64,000 nt of DNA from an archaeon (GCA_029258795.1 JAPDKB010000007.1:32001-96000); one strand, 5' to 3'. Numbered from the stretch's first letter, positions 9,745 to 19,701 are shown. Notes: generated from the sequence alone by a model not told the origin. A program made the numbers and translations.

Positions 9745-11589
9745 ATGGAACAGAAAGCTAAATTCGTGTTTGAGGTTTCTTATGAGGTGTGCAATAAAGT
9801 TGGGGGCATCCACACCGTCATTTCTTCAAAAGCCCAGTTCATGAAGGACGTGTATGGTGATAATTACATAGCAATCGGTCCATATTTTGAGGAGAAAGCA
9901 AAAATGGAGTTTGATGAAACAAAATGTCCACATGCATTTCTGGAGGAAGCCATAAAAGAGATGAAAGATGCAGGAATAGAATGCAAATTCGGTGTTTGGC
10001 GAGTGCCCGGCAATCCGTATGCTGTTCTGGTGGATTATCGTGCGGTCATGGATATCAAAAATGCTGTTAAGGGTAAGTTCTGGGAGCTTTACGGCATCGA
10101 CTCCATAAGATCTGGAATGGATTACGATGAACCCCTTATGTGGAGTTACGCATGCGGCATTCTGATAGAAAAAATGCTGGAGAAGATGAAGCACGATGAA
10201 AAAAAGAGAGTGGTGGTGCATCTCCATGAATGGTTGAGTGGCGGCACATTGTTTTACCTTAAGATGAGGGACATAGACGTGCCTGTTGTTTTCACCACTC
10301 ATGCGACCATGCTGGGTAGAACGCTTGCACACCATCTCCACAACTTTCATGAGGTGGTGGAGTCGGGATTAAAGGAAGGGAAAGTGGTTGATGAGAAGAT
10401 GGCATACAAATTCTGGATGGAGGCAAAGCACCAAACAGAAAGAAAGTGTGCTGAGCTTGCAACGGTTTTCACTACCGTCTCCGACACCATGGTTGAGGAG
10501 TGCATGTTCATTCTGGGGAGAAGACCTGATCTTGTTCTCCCAAACGGGCTGGATATGAGGAGTTTCCCTTCCATAGAAATGATCACATATTTGCATGTGA
10601 TGAATAAACAAAAGTTGCTGGATTTTGCAAGGGGATACTTTAGCCCGTATTACGAAATAAAAACGGACGGTACGAGATTCATATTCATCTCTGGAAGGTA
10701 CGAGTTCAGGAATAAGGGCATAGATATTTTCATTCGTGCTCTGGGGAAAGTGAACAGAATGTTGAAGGCAGAGGGGTGCAAAACGGATTACTTTGCATTG
10801 ATTCTGGTGCCTTCTGGAGTAAAGGCAGAACGTCAGGACGTGCTCGAGAACATCTCCCTTTATAGAGGTATAAAGGACTACATGGAAGAAATACTGGAGC
10901 GTGTGGAAGATAGATTCATGGATGTGGTGACAAACAGGAGAAAGGGCGACATAGCCTCACGCATAAGAAACGTGCTGACGGAGGAAGAGCGGTTGAAACT
11001 GAGAAAGCTTTCCCTCTCGTTCCAATCAAGAACAGAGGATCGTGCACCACTCACACCTTTCGTCTTGAATTACGAGGAAAAGGATGATATCATTCTCAAT
11101 GAGCTAAAAAAAGAAGGTCTTCTCAACAGAAAGGAGGATAAGATTAAGGTTGTGTTCTATCCTTCTTACCTCTCCATCACCGATCGTTTGCTCGGCATGG
11201 ATTACAAATCCGTTGTGATGGGTTGTAGTGTGGGTATCTTTCCTTCATATTATGAGCCATGGGGCTACACACCTCTTGAAACGGCAGCGTTGGGGGTTGT
11301 TGCCATTACGACTGATTTTGCTGGATTTGGTAGGGCTGTAATGAAGCTGGAGGAAGTGGATAAAGATGGTATCATCGTGCTGAAAAGAAAAGGTAAGAGT
11401 GATGAGGAGGTTGTGGAAGAGCTTGCTTCACATATTTACACACTTCTCAAATCTCCAAAGGAAAGAATAGGTGTGCTAAAACATCATGCGGTGGAGCTTT
11501 CCAGACATTTTGACTGGAATGTGCTTGGGTGGAGATACATCGAAGCGCATAATTTGGCGATTGATAAAGTGAGTAAGGAAGGCACTTAA
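9745..11589 (+). CDS. glycogen synthase, GT3 (eukaryote-type) family
   Basis: FEVSYEVCNKVGGIHTV, HLHEW, FTTHAT, GRYEFRNKG and FPSYYEPWGYTPLE (E-x7-E) motifs. Confidence 0.93.
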   Translation: MEQKAKFVFEVSYEVCNKVGGIHTVISSKAQFMKDVYGDNYIAIGPYFEEKAKMEFDETKCPHAFLEEAIKEMKDAGIECKFGVWRVPGNPYAVLVDYRAVMDIKNAVKGKFWELYGIDSIRSGMDYDEPLMWSYACGILIEKMLEKMKHDEKKRVVVHLHEWLSGGTLFYLKMRDIDVPVVFTTHATMLGRTLAHHLHNFHEVVESGLKEGKVVDEKMAYKFWMEAKHQTERKCAELATVFTTVSDTMVEECMFILGRRPDLVLPNGLDMRSFPSIEMITYLHVMNKQKLLDFARGYFSPYYEIKTDGTRFIFISGRYEFRNKGIDIFIRALGKVNRMLKAEGCKTDYFALILVPSGVKAERQDVLENISLYRGIKDYMEEILERVEDRFMDVVTNRRKGDIASRIRNVLTEEERLKLRKLSLSFQSRTEDRAPLTPFVLNYEEKDDIILNELKKEGLLNRKEDKIKVVFYPSYLSITDRLLGMDYKSVVMGCSVGIFPSYYEPWGYTPLETAALGVVAITTDFAGFGRAVMKLEEVDKDGIIVLKRKGKSDEEVVEELASHIYTLLKSPKERIGVLKHHAVELSRHFDWNVLGWRYIEAHNLAIDKVSKEGT

Positions 11590-11612
11590 AGATTGTTGGA
11601 GGGTATGAGAGC

Positions 11613-12335
11613 ATGGAGGAGCAGGCGCTGAGCAGGAAGATCGCAGAGAAGATAATAAAAAGACTGGGTGTGGATGAGAAGGACATCGAATATGGAAAGA
11701 AGCCAAAAACAGTAGTGCTTATAACCCCTGATTTCTTTCCAAGAATGAGTAATGAGATAGCATACACAACTAAAGAAATTGCTCAGCATCTCGCCTCAAG
11801 AAACCTAAACGTGCATGTTGTGAGCTACGATCCGTGGAAAGCCGAGCAAAAAGAGAGTTTTGCAGGTTTTACCGTGCATTATGTCAACAATCCTGTGAGG
11901 GCATACTCCCCATTAACATGGACTCTCACCTTATCCATGGAAGTCAGCAGGGTCATTGCAGATATATTTCATGAGGAGGGCAATATAGACCTCATACATG
12001 CTCACGAATGGTTGAGCTTTCCTGCTGGCATTCATTTGCAGGCAGCCCTGAAAAAACCGTTGCTTGTAAACTATTACTCCATCGAACATATAAGAACACC
12101 GGGAGTATGTAATGGTTATACAGAGGCAGTAAAGCAAATTGAGTGGCTGGCGAGCTACGAATCAAGAAGAATATTTGTGAATCAGGAATGGTTAAAGAAC
12201 CTACTCCACATGCATTACAGCACGCCGTATGATAAAGTGAATGTCGTGAATCCGGAGGATAAGGAGTTTGATAGAAAAATTTTGCGCGATTACACATGGG
12301 TGATGAGGCAATGGAGAGAAATGATGGAGAAATAA
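11613..12335 (+). CDS. GT4 glycosyltransferase N-terminal domain-only protein
   Basis: DLIHAHEWLS and similarity to the N-half of the downstream GT4; lacks the C-terminal EPFG domain. Confidence 0.7.
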   Translation: MEEQALSRKIAEKIIKRLGVDEKDIEYGKKPKTVVLITPDFFPRMSNEIAYTTKEIAQHLASRNLNVHVVSYDPWKAEQKESFAGFTVHYVNNPVRAYSPLTWTLTLSMEVSRVIADIFHEEGNIDLIHAHEWLSFPAGIHLQAALKKPLLVNYYSIEHIRTPGVCNGYTEAVKQIEWLASYESRRIFVNQEWLKNLLHMHYSTPYDKVNVVNPEDKEFDRKILRDYTWVMRQWREMMEK

Positions 12336-13570
12336 CTGTGTTGCATCTGAGCTGGGAGTTTCCGCCTTTCAAAGTTGGAGGGCTGGGTACGCACGTTTAC
12401 AATCTGAGCAGAGCTCAGGCGAAAGTGGGGTTGAAGCCCATTGTGCTCACCTGCGGATTTAACGGACTCTATGGAAAGGAGGAAACGAAGGATGGCGTTA
12501 CCATCTACCGGATAAACGCGGACAACATTCCTGCTGAAGATTTTTTCTCTTGGGTTCTGCAGATGAACATGCTTTTGCAGATCGAGGCTGCAAGGATTTT
12601 CCGTGAGAACAGAATAAGCATAATTCATGCTCATGACTGGCTCGTGACCACGACAGCAGTTGCGCTAAAACACATATATCGTGTGCCGTTGGTGGGGACC
12701 ATCCATGCTCTTGAAAGCGGAAGGTATGGTGGGATAAGAGGAGATAGGCAGGTGTTGATTCATGATCTGGAAGCCAAACTTGTTTTTGAAGCGTGGCGTG
12801 TCATCTGCTGCTCCAACTTCATGAAGTACAGTGTTGTAAGCACCTTCGGCACGCCAGAGAACAAGATTGATGTCGTGCCCAATGGTGTGAATGCTCAGGA
12901 CTTTGACTTCGAGTTTGATGAGGAGGAGTTCAAATCAAGATACGCTTTACCCGATGAAAAAATCGTGCTGTTTGTGGGGAGACATGTTTGGGAAAAGGGT
13001 CTTGACATTCTGATGGGAGCTGTGCCGATGATCTTGGCAAAGCATCCTGAAGCCAAATTTGTGGTCACGGGAGACGGTTATCTTAAGCCCAAATGTGAGG
13101 AACTCGCAAGGCAGAACGCGCCTGAAGGAAAGGTGCTCTTCACGGGCTACGTGGACGATGACACACTCAAAAAGCTGATGAGAGTGGCAAGCGTTATAGT
13201 TGTACCCTCCCGATACGAGCCATTCGGCATAGTTGCTCTTGAAAGCATGGCGGCAAGAACGCCTGTGGTGGTGGCAGATACAGGGGGGCTTGGAGAGATT
13301 GTGGAGCACGATAAAACCGGCATAAAGGTGTGGGTGGATAATTCCGAGTCGGTGGCGTGGGGTGTCAATTACGTTCTTGATGAAGCCAACGCACAGAAGA
13401 TTAAGGAGATTGTGGATACCGCACATAAAATTGTCCGAGAAAAATACAACTGGGAATATATTGCTAAAGGAACAAAGTCCGTGTACAGCAGAGTGCTCGA
13501 AGAGTATGAGCAGATAACTTGGAAGCCCAGACCGGAAATATTTGGGTGGAGAGAAATTGAAACTGCGTGA
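12296..13570 (+). CDS. GT4 family glycosyltransferase
   Basis: WEFPP..VGGLG, HAHDW, VGRHVWEKG, PSRYEPFGIVALE. Confidence 0.92.
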   Translation: MGDEAMERNDGEITVLHLSWEFPPFKVGGLGTHVYNLSRAQAKVGLKPIVLTCGFNGLYGKEETKDGVTIYRINADNIPAEDFFSWVLQMNMLLQIEAARIFRENRISIIHAHDWLVTTTAVALKHIYRVPLVGTIHALESGRYGGIRGDRQVLIHDLEAKLVFEAWRVICCSNFMKYSVVSTFGTPENKIDVVPNGVNAQDFDFEFDEEEFKSRYALPDEKIVLFVGRHVWEKGLDILMGAVPMILAKHPEAKFVVTGDGYLKPKCEELARQNAPEGKVLFTGYVDDDTLKKLMRVASVIVVPSRYEPFGIVALESMAARTPVVVADTGGLGEIVEHDKTGIKVWVDNSESVAWGVNYVLDEANAQKIKEIVDTAHKIVREKYNWEYIAKGTKSVYSRVLEEYEQITWKPRPEIFGWREIETA

Positions 13571-13648
13571 GGTTTTGGCACTGCGGGAGAGTCGATATAC
13601 TAACAATATAAATATCACAGGATTTTACGGATCGAGTAGTGGTGTGCT

Positions 13649-14926
13649 ATGGTATCTGTTTGCTTCTACTTCGAGGTTCATCAGCCGCGCAGGTTGAAGC
13701 CGGGATGGAGGATAAAGCTGGAGGGAGTTGAAAGCTTTGAGGAGTTTGAGAAAGCGATATTTGATGAGGATACGAATGAAAGGATAATGAAAAAAGTTGC
13801 ATCCAAATGCTATCTCCCGACCAACAAGCTCATTCTAACTCTGGTGGATAATTATCGGAAACAAAAAAAGAAGTTCAAGGTTAGCTATTCTCTCTCCGGA
13901 GTATTTCTGGAACAGGCCCAGAAGTACGTTCCGGATGTTGTTGAAAGCTTCAGATGGCTGGCCGATACTGGCTGTGTGGAGTTTCTGGCTGAAACCTATT
14001 ACCACAGCCTCTCCAGCCTGTGGATCAACAACGAGCTCCATGATGAATTTGTCGAGCAGGTGGAGATGCACAAAGCCATGATCAAGGACCTGCTTGGTGT
14101 TGAGCCGAAGGTTTTCAGGAACACGGAACTCATTTTCAACAACGACATAGCCAAGGTTGTGGAAAAAATGGGATTTAAGGCGATGCTTGCTGAGGGGATA
14201 GAGCATGTGCTGAATGGCAAGAGTCCTGAGCATATCTATAAAGCTTACGGCACGAATTTGCCCGTTTTGCTCAGGCATTACAGGCTCAGCGATGATATAA
14301 GCTTTCGGTTTTCTGCAAGGTGGTTTGAAGCTTGGCCTCTAACCGCTGATAAATTCGCGAGCTGGGTGGCTGCATGTCAGGGAGAGGTCATAAATCTATT
14401 CATGGATTACGAAACGTTCGGGGAGCATCAGTGGGAAGATACGGGCATTTTTGAGTTTCTGAAACACCTGCCCTATGAAATTTTCAAGTATGAACATGTC
14501 GATTTTGTAACGATAAGTGAAGCGGTGCAACGATATCCCATTAGAGGCGAGATAGATGTGCCTGGATGGAGCACTATATCGTGGGCTGACCTTGAAAGGG
14601 ATCTCTCAGCATGGCTTGGAAATGAGATGCAGAGAATAGCTTTCAAGGAGCTCGAAAAGATAGGAAAGATGCTGAAGGAGAGAAACATCGAGGAAGCAAG
14701 AAGGTTGTGGCGCTACCTTCAAACATCGGACCATCTCTACTACTGCTGTACCAAACACTGGAGTGATGGTGATGTGCACAAATACTTCAGCCCGTATGGT
14801 ACGCCGCACGAAGCTTTTGAGGGTGTGATGAAGGTGCTCACCCATCTCCAGTATCTCATGAAAAAGAGTTATGAGGAAGATGAAGCTGATCTGGATGTAG
14901 AGGAAAAGGCAATGAGTGCGGAGTGA
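13649..14926 (+). CDS. GH57 alpha-amylase
   Basis: FEVHQP, ETYYHSL, FRNTELI (nucleophile), FMDYETFGEH (acid/base), QTSDH. Confidence 0.93.
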   Translation: MVSVCFYFEVHQPRRLKPGWRIKLEGVESFEEFEKAIFDEDTNERIMKKVASKCYLPTNKLILTLVDNYRKQKKKFKVSYSLSGVFLEQAQKYVPDVVESFRWLADTGCVEFLAETYYHSLSSLWINNELHDEFVEQVEMHKAMIKDLLGVEPKVFRNTELIFNNDIAKVVEKMGFKAMLAEGIEHVLNGKSPEHIYKAYGTNLPVLLRHYRLSDDISFRFSARWFEAWPLTADKFASWVAACQGEVINLFMDYETFGEHQWEDTGIFEFLKHLPYEIFKYEHVDFVTISEAVQRYPIRGEIDVPGWSTISWADLERDLSAWLGNEMQRIAFKELEKIGKMLKERNIEEARRLWRYLQTSDHLYYCCTKHWSDGDVHKYFSPYGTPHEAFEGVMKVLTHLQYLMKKSYEEDEADLDVEEKAMSAE

Positions 14927-15300
14927 TTGCAATGGCTCTGGAGGTTTTGATTTCTGAAAGTGAAGACAAAGTGGAGGCGACAATATTCAGCAGAAAGGGG
15001 AATGAGTATGTTGATGTTCAGTTCGTTATTCTTGCAAGGTATGGTGGTAGTGAGGGGAAAGAATTGCTGGACATCCTCTGTTTTCAGGAGGAAGGTGGAG
15101 CGCAGGTTTCACCCATCTTTCACTATTACGCCAGCTTTGAGGATGAGTGTGGGATAAGGAAACTCGCTACCGGAATTTACAGATTGGTTTTGCCGAAATG
15201 CGCCGCTGATGGAAAACAACTGCAAGAGCTTGAGGTTGTGGGTAGTGCCGGCATTGTGCTGAAAAAAATAGAAGTTGGAAGAGTAAGAGGTCACTCATAA
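14923..15300 (+). CDS. hypothetical protein, last gene of the glycogen operon
   Basis: Overlaps the GH57 stop (GTGA coupling); beta-strand-like composition. Confidence 0.5.
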   Translation: MIAMALEVLISESEDKVEATIFSRKGNEYVDVQFVILARYGGSEGKELLDILCFQEEGGAQVSPIFHYYASFEDECGIRKLATGIYRLVLPKCAADGKQLQELEVVGSAGIVLKKIEVGRVRGHS

Positions 15301-15752
15301 ACCCAGTCAACATCGCATCGCTCATAGTTCAGAATTTCTGATTCGTTAAAAAACAGTTCGATTTCCCTTTTTGCTGTTTCAGGCGAGTCGGAAGCGTGAA
15401 TCAAATTCCTTCCTATGTCCATGGCATAATCATGCCTTATGGTGCCGGGCTCAGCTTCCTGCGGATTCGTTGCTCCGACCATTTTTCGAACACAAGCAAT
15501 GGCGTTCTTGCCCTCAACCACCATCGCCACGATTGGAGCAGAGGTTATGTAGTTGATAAGGCCCTCAAAAAAGGGCTTACCTTTGTGCTGTTCATAATGC
15601 TTTTCCGCAAGCTCATTCGTAACTTTCATCATTTTCATGGCAACAATCTTGAGACCCTTTTCCTCAAATCGTGTGATTATCCTGCCCATAAGGCCGCGCA
15701 TAACTCCGTCGGGCTTTATAAGAACCAGCGTCCTTTCCACACCCTCGCTCAT
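15291..15752 (-). CDS. ndk: nucleoside diphosphate kinase
   Basis: [24 protein letters not shown]. Confidence 0.97.
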   Translation of the reverse strand: MSEGVERTLVLIKPDGVMRGLMGRIITRFEEKGLKIVAMKMMKVTNELAEKHYEQHKGKPFFEGLINYITSAPIVAMVVEGKNAIACVRKMVGATNPQEAEPGTIRHDYAMDIGRNLIHASDSPETAKREIELFFNESEILNYERCDVDWVYE

Positions 15753-15763
15753 GAAATGTCACC

Positions 15764-15970
15764 TCATTTCTTTCCTCCCTTGTGTTTACCCAGCCTCAGC
15801 ATCTTGTTCTTTCGATAGGCCTCAGTCCACCTGACCTTAACCGGATTTCTCATCTGAGCGTTCCTCTCGCACTTTGAACTGCAGTAATAAAACACAGTGC
15901 CATCATTCTTCACAAACATGGTGCCTCTTCCGGGTGGAATTTCCTTCCCACAAAACGAACAGCTCACCAT
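15764..15970 (-). CDS. rpl24e: 50S ribosomal protein L24e
   Basis: CSFCG...PGRG...CSSKC...WT zinc finger; conserved archaeal gene order. Confidence 0.96.
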   Translation of the reverse strand: MVSCSFCGKEIPPGRGTMFVKNDGTVFYYCSSKCERNAQMRNPVKVRWTEAYRKNKMLRLGKHKGGKK

Positions 15971-16020
15971 TTCGTTTCACCCCACATTTCATGGTGTAAA
16001 CTTCTGAAAAATTAAAGGCG

Positions 16021-16215
16021 TCACTCGATTGTACCGACGGTCTCCATTTCCGGCTCTGCTATCATCAAAATATCGCCCTTTCTTACGGGCCCGAGTACGT
16101 TCCTGATTATTACCCTGTCCTTTCTTGGCCCTTCAAGCACTCTACACCTTGCTCTGGTAACGCCTTTTGACCCGCTTCTGTCAATGATTTCTATGACCTC
16201 AACAGGCACAGCCAT
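16021..16215 (-). CDS. rps28e: 30S ribosomal protein S28e
   Basis: [13 protein letters not shown] motif; gene order. Confidence 0.95.
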   Translation of the reverse strand: MAVPVEVIEIIDRSGSKGVTRARCRVLEGPRKDRVIIRNVLGPVRKGDILMIAEPEMETVGTIE

Positions 16216-16236
16216 GAAACATCACCAATATCTGGT

Positions 16237-16617
16237 TCACTCATTCTTTTTGCCTCTCAATGCTTCAACTTCCTTGATTATTTCAGCCATCTTTTTCTCG
16301 GCTTTTCCCGCATCAACCACAGCAACGGCTGAGGCAGCTACTTCTATACCTGCGGCAGCCCCCAGCTCTTTCTTGCTGGGCACGAATGCATAAGGAACGT
16401 TCTTTTCCTTACAGAGTGGTGGTATGTGCATCACTATTTCTTCCGGATTAACATCCTCTGCCACCACCACAAACTTCGCAAATCCCCTCTCTATGGCTTT
16501 GGTTGTTTCGTTGCTTCCCTTCTTAACAACTCCACCACTTTTCACGATTTCCTCTATCAGATCGTAAATCTTTTCGGCAAGTTCCGCAGGAATCTGCACA
16601 TCCACATACGCTGGCAT
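16237..16617 (-). CDS. rpl7ae: 50S ribosomal protein L7Ae / K-turn binding protein
   Basis: KKGSNETTKAIERG, AEDVNPEEIV, LGAAAG; start at ATG 16617 after GAGGTGA. Confidence 0.97.
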   Translation of the reverse strand: MPAYVDVQIPAELAEKIYDLIEEIVKSGGVVKKGSNETTKAIERGFAKFVVVAEDVNPEEIVMHIPPLCKEKNVPYAFVPSKKELGAAAGIEVAASAVAVVDAGKAEKKMAEIIKEVEALRGKKNE

Positions 16618-16653
16618 GTTCATCACCTCTTTTCATCAGCTCATCAAAACATG
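16615..16653 (-). promoter_or_regulatory. K-turn/K-loop motif in the rpl7ae 5' UTR covering the SD and start codon (L7Ae autoregulation site)
   Basis: mRNA 5'-CAUGUUUUGA...GGU-GAUGAACAUG-3' gives tandem G.A/A.G, U.U, then 7 further pairs; the box C GUGAUGA overlaps the SD. Confidence 0.75.
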
Positions 16654-16739
16654 AAATTTAGGTTGCGTGATGTCATAATAAATAAAGAGGATAATTTTAT
16701 AAAGGTTGCGAGCTCACGAAAACTGCTCATAATCGGGTC

Positions 16740-18485
16740 TTATTTCTTCACTTTACTCTTACCTCCTCGATAACTTCCTTTCGCAACAATGACAGCAAGA
16801 GCTGGCACAACAGTGATGGCTGCGATGAAACACATCGCAACGCCGTAGCTCATCATCGCGCCCAGATCTTTAAGGATAGTTATGGTACCCATGCCCATGG
16901 CTCTGAAGCCTATCAAAGCGGCGAGCGTTGTGATCAGCATGGGGTAGAACGTTCTTTTGATTGCTGTTTCTGCCGCTCTTTCCACATCTCCGTTCCTGAG
17001 CTCCTGCCTGAAACGGTTCACCACCTGTATTCCGAAATCTATACCTATACCCATTATCATGGAGATGGCTCCTGATGTTGAGGGGCTTATATCCACACCC
17101 ATCAATCCAAACATTCCATAGACCCAGATCGTGCCGAACAGTATGGCCGCAAGGGAAGTCAGCCCGAATCTGACGGAATAGAGGATAAGGCAAACTATTA
17201 TCAGAATGGAAAGCAGGGAGATGGTTGAGGTTTTCCTCATTATTTCACCAACTCTCATTTTAATCTCGGTTCCATAAACAATACCCCCTCCAAGTTCAGC
17301 CACAACTCCGGGAGGAGCGGGCACATCCTCCACAACTTCCTCCAGTTCCTTTACGAGTTCAGCGCTCTGATCCTCGTTGAGAGCATAAACGGAAAGGTGT
17401 ATTACGGCTAATGTCCTGTCATCGCTGACATACCCCTTCAGGGGATCGGTTCTGATGCACTGGATGGTGTGCTTTTGTTGCGGAACGATGGTTGAAAGCA
17501 TGATTTCGAGCTGCTGTAAACCTGAGGAGAGGTTGACCAGAGCTTCTGAAACCATCATGCTTGCGTTTGCTGAAGCATTCATTCCCGCTGAAATCTGCTG
17601 GAGGGATGCGCTTATTCCCTCCAGAGCCATGGCCATTCCGTCCAGAGCACCGGCAAGTTCATTAAAGTGGTATCCGATGTTCTGAAACGCGTTCGTTATG
17701 CTGTTCAGATCGTCCTCAAGCTGCGCAAGCGAGGCAAGCATTGCATCCTTCTCCTGCTGCGAGAGGGTTGGTGATGTTGAGATAGCGTAATTAAGCGTGT
17801 AGAGCTGCACGTAAGCATCTTCCAGAGCTTTGGTATCCATCTTTCCCTCCCTGATGTTTCTGCTTATCGTTTTTAGTGTGAGACTGAGGGAGCTCAACCC
17901 GGCAGATATTTCAGAAAGGCCGTAACTCATGTTGAGCTGCGCTTCCCCAACTTTCTCCGAAACTTCAGAGAGCTGAAAGCCGGCTTCAGCAGCCTGATGA
18001 ATTGCTTCCTGCGGAGATGGTGCTGGCGGGTAGCATCTGATCTCGGAAGCGTGAATCGCCCTCAAAACGTCGGACTTGGCGGAGGGTATCGTGCCATTGG
18101 TGTACGGCAGAATGACATCCAGAATTGAGGAAGCGGAGTCAATGTAGGGATTGGTCAGCAACGCCCCCGTTAACCTGTCCATGTACCTGAGCACTGTCGG
18201 ATCCAGCACGTCGGCAGCGCCACTTCCATCAGCTTTCACAACCACATATACCGTGGAGGATGTCATACCGAACTCATCAATTATCGTGAACATCGCACCT
18301 ATCTCATCCACACTCTTGGGTAGCATTTCCTCATAATTCATCGACTTCGTTTTCACCTTGGATCCGGCCACACCCATCACGATCGTGAATATGATTATGA
18401 TTGCAAGTACCAGCTTTGGATTTCTTGCAAGGAAGCGTGCATAGGTCCCCACAGCTCTTGAAAACACACTTTCTTCCCCTCTCAT
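16740..18485 (-). CDS. MMPL/RND (HAE3-like) half transporter with a long helical insertion
   Basis: 1+5 TM arrangement, GIGIDFGI in TM4, RFRQE; ~190-aa heptad insert in the external loop. Confidence 0.85.
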   Translation of the reverse strand: MRGEESVFSRAVGTYARFLARNPKLVLAIIIIFTIVMGVAGSKVKTKSMNYEEMLPKSVDEIGAMFTIIDEFGMTSSTVYVVVKADGSGAADVLDPTVLRYMDRLTGALLTNPYIDSASSILDVILPYTNGTIPSAKSDVLRAIHASEIRCYPPAPSPQEAIHQAAEAGFQLSEVSEKVGEAQLNMSYGLSEISAGLSSLSLTLKTISRNIREGKMDTKALEDAYVQLYTLNYAISTSPTLSQQEKDAMLASLAQLEDDLNSITNAFQNIGYHFNELAGALDGMAMALEGISASLQQISAGMNASANASMMVSEALVNLSSGLQQLEIMLSTIVPQQKHTIQCIRTDPLKGYVSDDRTLAVIHLSVYALNEDQSAELVKELEEVVEDVPAPPGVVAELGGGIVYGTEIKMRVGEIMRKTSTISLLSILIIVCLILYSVRFGLTSLAAILFGTIWVYGMFGLMGVDISPSTSGAISMIMGIGIDFGIQVVNRFRQELRNGDVERAAETAIKRTFYPMLITTLAALIGFRAMGMGTITILKDLGAMMSYGVAMCFIAAITVVPALAVIVAKGSYRGGKSKVKK

Positions 18486-19687
18486 TCACGACCCCTCCTG
18501 AAGCGAACAATTGTGCTTTCCATCAGCAAAAGCGAAGGCATGAAAAAGATGGTTATGAAGAGCATGCATCCTATACCCAGAGCGAGAGCTATACCGAGTG
18601 ACTCGAGCATGGGAAATGCCGTACTTAGCAAAGCGAGAAATCCTGCTATCGTTGTCATGCCGGAACCCGTTATGCTTGAACCCACCGACGGAAGCGCATT
18701 TCTTATGGCGTCAGGTGGTGTTGAGCCCCTCTCAACCTCCTCCCTGTAGCGCTCCACCATGAAAACTCCGTACTCCACCCCAAGCCCCACAACCATGGCT
18801 CCGACACCCACGGTGGCCATGGTAAGCTTCCACCCCATCCACCCGAAGATTCCGGCAGTCCAAGCAACGCCCATTGTGAGGGGTATGAATATGAGCACAG
18901 CGTCCTTCAAACTTCTTCTCAGGAACACGAGAAGAACGAAAATGATAATGATCGCCAAACCCAAGGTGTAAGCCATATCGTGCAGCATCAGCTCAAACAG
19001 CTTGCGACGCATTGGCGGCATGCCGGTTATGGTGTATTTCAGACATGCAGGCCTCTCGACGCTCTCCATGATCTGCCGAATTCTGTCCGTGTTTCTCTTG
19101 ATGCTTTCCTCACTGCTACCTACATCCATATCGATCAGCATCACCGTGGATCTCCTGTCCTTGCTGATGAGCGAATCCAGACCCGCCTTTTCTATTATGC
19201 TCTTGATCATACCCTCATCGGCGGGCACATAACCCATGGACGTGAAGGGCAGTGCAATTGAAACAACGCTCCGGACATTCGGCTCATGTGAAAGCTTTTC
19301 AGATGCATCAATCAAAAACCGGATGATGGCCGGGGAGGTAATCTCCTTGGGTGTGGAGGTTGCAGCGCAGTTCTCATCCAAACTGACCAGAATGAAAACT
19401 TTGTCGGCCGTGCCGAAAACATCTCTAACCGCAAGCTCGAGCTTCACGCTTTCTATATTGGAGGGAAGGAGTTTTACGATGTCGGTTTCCATATTCACAC
19501 TGGGTATGCTCAAAATCATCAAGAAGGTAATTGTTGTCATCAGCACCAGAATATAAGGATAATAATTAATGTGGATTTCGGCCAGCTTTCTCAGCGCTCT
19601 TTCCGCTGGCGTTGAGCGGGATGAAGCTTCCGCTCTCTTTCCTTCGGTCACTCTCCTTCTCTTACTCTTTCGTCTCGAATCCGTCAT
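18482..19687 (-). CDS. MMPL/RND (HAE3-like) half transporter
   Basis: GLGVEYGV..ERYREE, TTIAGF; 1+5 TM; start set at MTDSRRK. Confidence 0.85.
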   Translation of the reverse strand: MTDSRRKSKRRRVTEGKRAEASSRSTPAERALRKLAEIHINYYPYILVLMTTITFLMILSIPSVNMETDIVKLLPSNIESVKLELAVRDVFGTADKVFILVSLDENCAATSTPKEITSPAIIRFLIDASEKLSHEPNVRSVVSIALPFTSMGYVPADEGMIKSIIEKAGLDSLISKDRRSTVMLIDMDVGSSEESIKRNTDRIRQIMESVERPACLKYTITGMPPMRRKLFELMLHDMAYTLGLAIIIIFVLLVFLRRSLKDAVLIFIPLTMGVAWTAGIFGWMGWKLTMATVGVGAMVVGLGVEYGVFMVERYREEVERGSTPPDAIRNALPSVGSSITGSGMTTIAGFLALLSTAFPMLESLGIALALGIGCMLFITIFFMPSLLLMESTIVRFRRGRE

Positions 19688-19701
19688 GAAGTGCACACCC
19701 T

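Noticed and set aside
9700-9745. ATCAC...GTGAT resembling the Thermococcales TGM (TATCAC-N5-GTGATA)
   Set aside because: Spacing and flanks do not fit the motif
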